64,000 nt of DNA, from positions 2,955-66,954 of the forward strand of contig JAPDKB010000008.1 in NCBI GenBank assembly GCA_029258795.1, in the 5' to 3' direction. Below the pieces are notes generated by a model. The model was not told where the DNA came from. It was given only the letters and a program-made list of their open reading frames with translations, and made no database searches. The stretch comes from an archaeon. GTDB taxonomy: Archaea; EX4484-52; WAPT01. Position numbers and translations under genes: made by a program. Positions 60,809-64,000 of this stretch are shown here, in pieces. The number at the start of each line of letters is the position of its first letter. The first letter of the stretch is position 1.

Positions 60809-61086
60809 TAGAGAAGTATCACTACAATACTCATATCTTTCGTCTCGAGGTAAGAAGTCAGATTTTGTTTTTAACAGAAACCGTTTTTATCTAAACCTTT
60901 ATATTTTTTACTATTTGGTGGTTCTTTCAGGTTAACATGATCTTCAATCTCTCTCTGGCTAACAAATAAATTCTTGACTGAGGATATACTTACTGAACAT
61001 CAATAAAAGTTGTGGAACGTGTGGGAGCTGTTTCTTGTCCAAGTAGCTTTCAGAATATGATTGATGTGTCCCGCTCTGTCCCGTGT

Positions 61087-61135
61087 GCTCCCGTGCGAGC
61101 CCTGCTTGTGCCCGGGTTCAAATCCCGGCGGGAGA
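61087..61135 (+). ncRNA. tRNA minihelix-like element with a single internal hairpin
   Basis: CTCCCG/CGGGAG, GCGAGC-CCT-GCTTGT hairpin, CCGGG-TTCAAAT-CCCGG. Confidence 0.55.
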
Positions 61136-61515
61136 TGATATGTGGCGGGAGATGAATTTTGGAATGCCGCCGGGGGGCGCCAGCCCGGTGGTTTGTGACC
61201 GCCTACTTTTCGGCGGTACTGGCGCACAAAAGTTTGTAATGGTTAGAGGGGGGTGGATATGGAAGCTCCAGGCTTCGAGCTAATATTCGCAATAATTGGA
61301 CTTTTAGCAACTCTGTGGTTATGAAAAAAGCGATTACAAGAGAGGAGGTGAAAATGTGCTGAGGCGAAGGGATGGAGGCCCCATCGACAGAACGGGCCAA
61401 TGAATTATAGTGATTCTAATGACTCTCACTTTTGTGTACATACTACTGGGTGCTGTGAATATTCTTAGAGAGCTCATGAGCTAAACAATTTCCCAATTTT
61501 TTATTTTTCATAATT

Positions 61516-61531
61516 TGGGAAATATTTCCCA
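61516..61531. repeat. GGA-N6-TCC palindromic site (perfect palindrome)
   Basis: TGGGAAATATTTCCCA with extended inverted flanks. Confidence 0.78.
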
Positions 61532-61563
61532 TAAAATGAAAAAATAAAAAATGGGAAGGAAGT

Positions 61564-62370
61564 TCAGGTTGTGAAGTGTCCCTCCTCCGCAAACCTGACA
61601 AGCTGCATCTTCTTTTCTACCTCTTCCATCAGCTTTCCTTTCATATTTTCGACATCGCGTTTGATGGAGCTCTCTATTCCCTCAAGCCGCTTGAACAGCA
61701 TAACGTCCGTGTTCGCTACGGACATTTTGAGATGGTGGGTTAATCTTTCCACCGCCATCATTCTCAAAGTATCTCTGAATACGTCTGGAACCTCATTTCC
61801 ATTTTCTATGAGCCCCTCAAATTCTTGAGTCAGGTCTACCCGGACTTTATCCAGAATATCCCGCAACATGGCTTCGCCCAAAAGGGACTTTATTTGCTTC
61901 ACCACCTCTTCGCTCAGCAGGTATCTCAGTGTGTGGTAAGCATCCCCAACCATGACAGGTATCTCTTTCTCCGATACTGCTCTGCACCTCATCTCCCTCG
62001 CTTTTTCCAGCAGAATCTCTGCTTCCGTGTAATCCATGGGAACTGGTGCTGCCAGAATTTTAGCATCGGACACTACGACACCCTTTTCTTTTATGTACGT
62101 TGCAGCAATCTCTATTATTTTGTTTATTTCCCAGACATCCTTGTCCAATTTGTTTTTCCGGCAGAACTCCGCCAATTCCAAGATATCCACAGCATATCTT
62201 TCCTCCAGCAGCGCTCTCAAAGAAAGCACTTCCTCCTCGCTACTCCTTACATCTTCCACTACCGGTTTCTCAAACTCTACTTCCTCTCCACTCCCTACCA
62301 AACTCTCACCTCCTGAAGCCAGGGGCGCTCCGGACTCGAACCGGAGAAAAAACATCCCGTTGCGCCCCAT
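61564..62370 (-). CDS. Hypothetical helical protein
   Basis: Long ORF with host-like codon usage; start uncertain. Confidence 0.7.
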   Translation of the reverse strand: MGRNGMFFLRFESGAPLASGGESLVGSGEEVEFEKPVVEDVRSSEEEVLSLRALLEERYAVDILELAEFCRKNKLDKDVWEINKIIEIAATYIKEKGVVVSDAKILAAPVPMDYTEAEILLEKAREMRCRAVSEKEIPVMVGDAYHTLRYLLSEEVVKQIKSLLGEAMLRDILDKVRVDLTQEFEGLIENGNEVPDVFRDTLRMMAVERLTHHLKMSVANTDVMLFKRLEGIESSIKRDVENMKGKLMEEVEKKMQLVRFAEEGHFTT

Positions 62371-62565
62371 GAAGATAAGTTGAGACGAGGTAGAGCATAG
62401 GTAGAAGTAGACCATCCCATACAAACCGTCTCAAGAGCCCTTGTAGTTATTTGACAGCCCCCTATTTCGGGTTTAAAATTTTTAATCATTGCTGAAAGAA
62501 TTGAGAGTGTAAAACGCCAAAGTAAAAAATTTAAGGTGCATAAATGATAAGCTGTGTGATGCCAC

Positions 62566-64000
62566 ATGCAGTATGACTTCCACAAAATCGAGAAGGAGGT
62601 AAAGGAGTACTGGGAAAAGAACAAAATTCCGGAAAGGATTGCTGACTTCAATGCCAACCTAAAGACACGTAAAAAGAAATTCTATCTGCTTGATGGACCG
62701 CCTTATGCCAACGCCCCTCCTCACGCTGGACATGCCATGACCATAGTTTTCAAGGATCTCTGGGGTAAGTTCAAGTTCATGAACGGCTATGCTGTCTGGT
62801 TCCAGCCGGGTTTTGACTGTCACGGCCTGCCGATTGAGAATATGGTTGAGAAGAAGTTTGGGATAGGATCAAAGAAGGATATAGAGAACAAGATTGGTGT
62901 TGCCAAGTTCATTCAGATGTGTAAAGAATATGCTACTCAAAACCTGAAAGAATGGATGGAATACTACAAAGATCTTGGAGCATGGAAGGGCTGGCTCACG
63001 CCTTACTTAACTTACGAGCCATACTACATAGAGAGCATATGGTGGACCGTCAAAAAGCTTTTCGATGAAGGGTTGATGGTTAAGGGCAAGAAGCCCATAC
63101 ACTGGTGCCCGAGATGCCAGACATCCATTTCAGGGTATGAGGCTACCGACTCCTACAAAAACGTTACCGACCCCTCCATTTATGTTAAGTTCAAGGTGAA
63201 GGATAGGGATAACGAGTACCTGCTCGCATGGACCACAACACCTTGGACGCTTCCGGCTAACGTTGCGCTTGTTGTTCATCCTGATGAGACCTACGTTAAG
63301 ATTGAGGTTGATGGCGAGTATTTAATTCTCGCTGAAAAACGCCTTAAGGATGTGATGGAAAGAGCTGGCATCAAGGACTACAAGGTTATTGAGAAGTTTG
63401 AGGGTAAGAAGCTGGATGGTGTGGAGTACGAGCCATTAATGCCAGAGCTTCAGACGCAGCAGGAGGCTGCCAAGAGTGGAAAAGCGCACAGAATTGTTAT
63501 GTCCGTCCCTATTCTGAAGAAGGTTGTTGCCTCCAAGATAAAAGCAAAGAAAGAGGTTGAGGAGGAAGAGGAAGGAGAAGCTTTTGGTCACATGGTTACC
63601 ATGGATGCCGGTACAGGCATAGTGCACTGTGCTCCCGGCCATGGAGCAGAAGACAACAAGCTTGGTGCTTATTATGGCTTGCCAGTAATCTCGCCTGTTG
63701 ATGATGAGGGCAAGTTCACAAGCGAAGCTGGTTGGCTGGAAGGAAAGTTTGTGAAGGATGCGGATAAGGAAATAATAGAGCATCTTAAGCAAAAAGGTCT
63801 GCTATTCCACGCTGAAAGGATAGTTCACAGCTATCCTCTCTGCTGGAGGTGCAAAACCCCCCTCATTTACCGCACCACAGACCAATGGTTCTTCCTCATA
63901 GACCCAATAAAGGAGATGATGCTCAAATTCAATGAAGAGACAAGATGGCTTCCTGACTTTGCAAAGGAGCGCATGAGGAACTGGGTCAAGGACGAGGCGG
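62566..64000 (+). CDS. ileS: Isoleucyl-tRNA synthetase, N-terminal part; runs off the window
   Basis: Absent from ORF track. Manual translation: MQYDFHKIEKEV...LLDGPPYANAPPHAGHA...PGFDCHGLPIE...AWTTTPWTLPAN...GTGIVHCAPGHG. Confidence 0.93.
   Translation, partial: MQYDFHKIEKEVKEYWEKNKIPERIADFNANLKTRKKKFYLLDGPPYANAPPHAGHAMTIVFKDLWGKFKFMNGYAVWFQPGFDCHGLPIENMVEKKFGIGSKKDIENKIGVAKFIQMCKEYATQNLKEWMEYYKDLGAWKGWLTPYLTYEPYYIESIWWTVKKLFDEGLMVKGKKPIHWCPRCQTSISGYEATDSYKNVTDPSIYVKFKVKDRDNEYLLAWTTTPWTLPANVALVVHPDETYVKIEVDGEYLILAEKRLKDVMERAGIKDYKVIEKFEGKKLDGVEYEPLMPELQTQQEAAKSGKAHRIVMSVPILKKVVASKIKAKKEVEEEEEGEAFGHMVTMDAGTGIVHCAPGHGAEDNKLGAYYGLPVISPVDDEGKFTSEAGWLEGKFVKDADKEIIEHLKQKGLLFHAERIVHSYPLCWRCKTPLIYRTTDQWFFLIDPIKEMMLKFNEETRWLPDFAKERMRNWVKDEA

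Noticed and set aside
55599-61135. Minihelices as halves of split (trans-spliced) tRNAs
   Set aside because: Each contains both acceptor strands in cis, and no complementary partner leaders were seen in the window

Overview
Archaeal chromosome segment. A thermophilic DPANN-like lineage is inferred from the unsplit rpoB with split rpoA'/A'', the stand-alone 5S rRNA, T-loop tRNA introns and a Nanoarchaeum-like PDH-CM-PDT fusion. Core content: the rpoH-B-A'-A''-L30e-nusA-S12-S7 operon, tbp, aspS, ileS (partial), dph5, trm5, ferredoxin/GGR/uppS, hypCDEF, GAPOR (partial), 5S rRNA and six tRNA genes, five of them with BHB introns. The most unusual signal lies between about 36.9 and 61.6 kb: a family of small orphan-gene units sharing one architecture. 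Each has some combination of an AGAATTCCTTG box, a TGTCCCG(CTCCTCC) structured leader and a full, odd or minimal tRNA-like element, then a strong GGAGGTG RBS and a small orphan ORF (often decayed), and ends with a T-tract plus a 16-bp palindrome (GGA-N6-TCC) shaped like a recombinase site. Also notable: an AT-rich three-gene island (wHTH, unknown, Zn-ribbon/Mrr-like nuclease) next to tRNA-Asp, a free-standing BHB hairpin, duplicated tRNA-Pro genes flanking the hyp cluster, and a bacterial-type queuine TGT. All calls come from reading the sequence by eye; no searches or folding programs were run.
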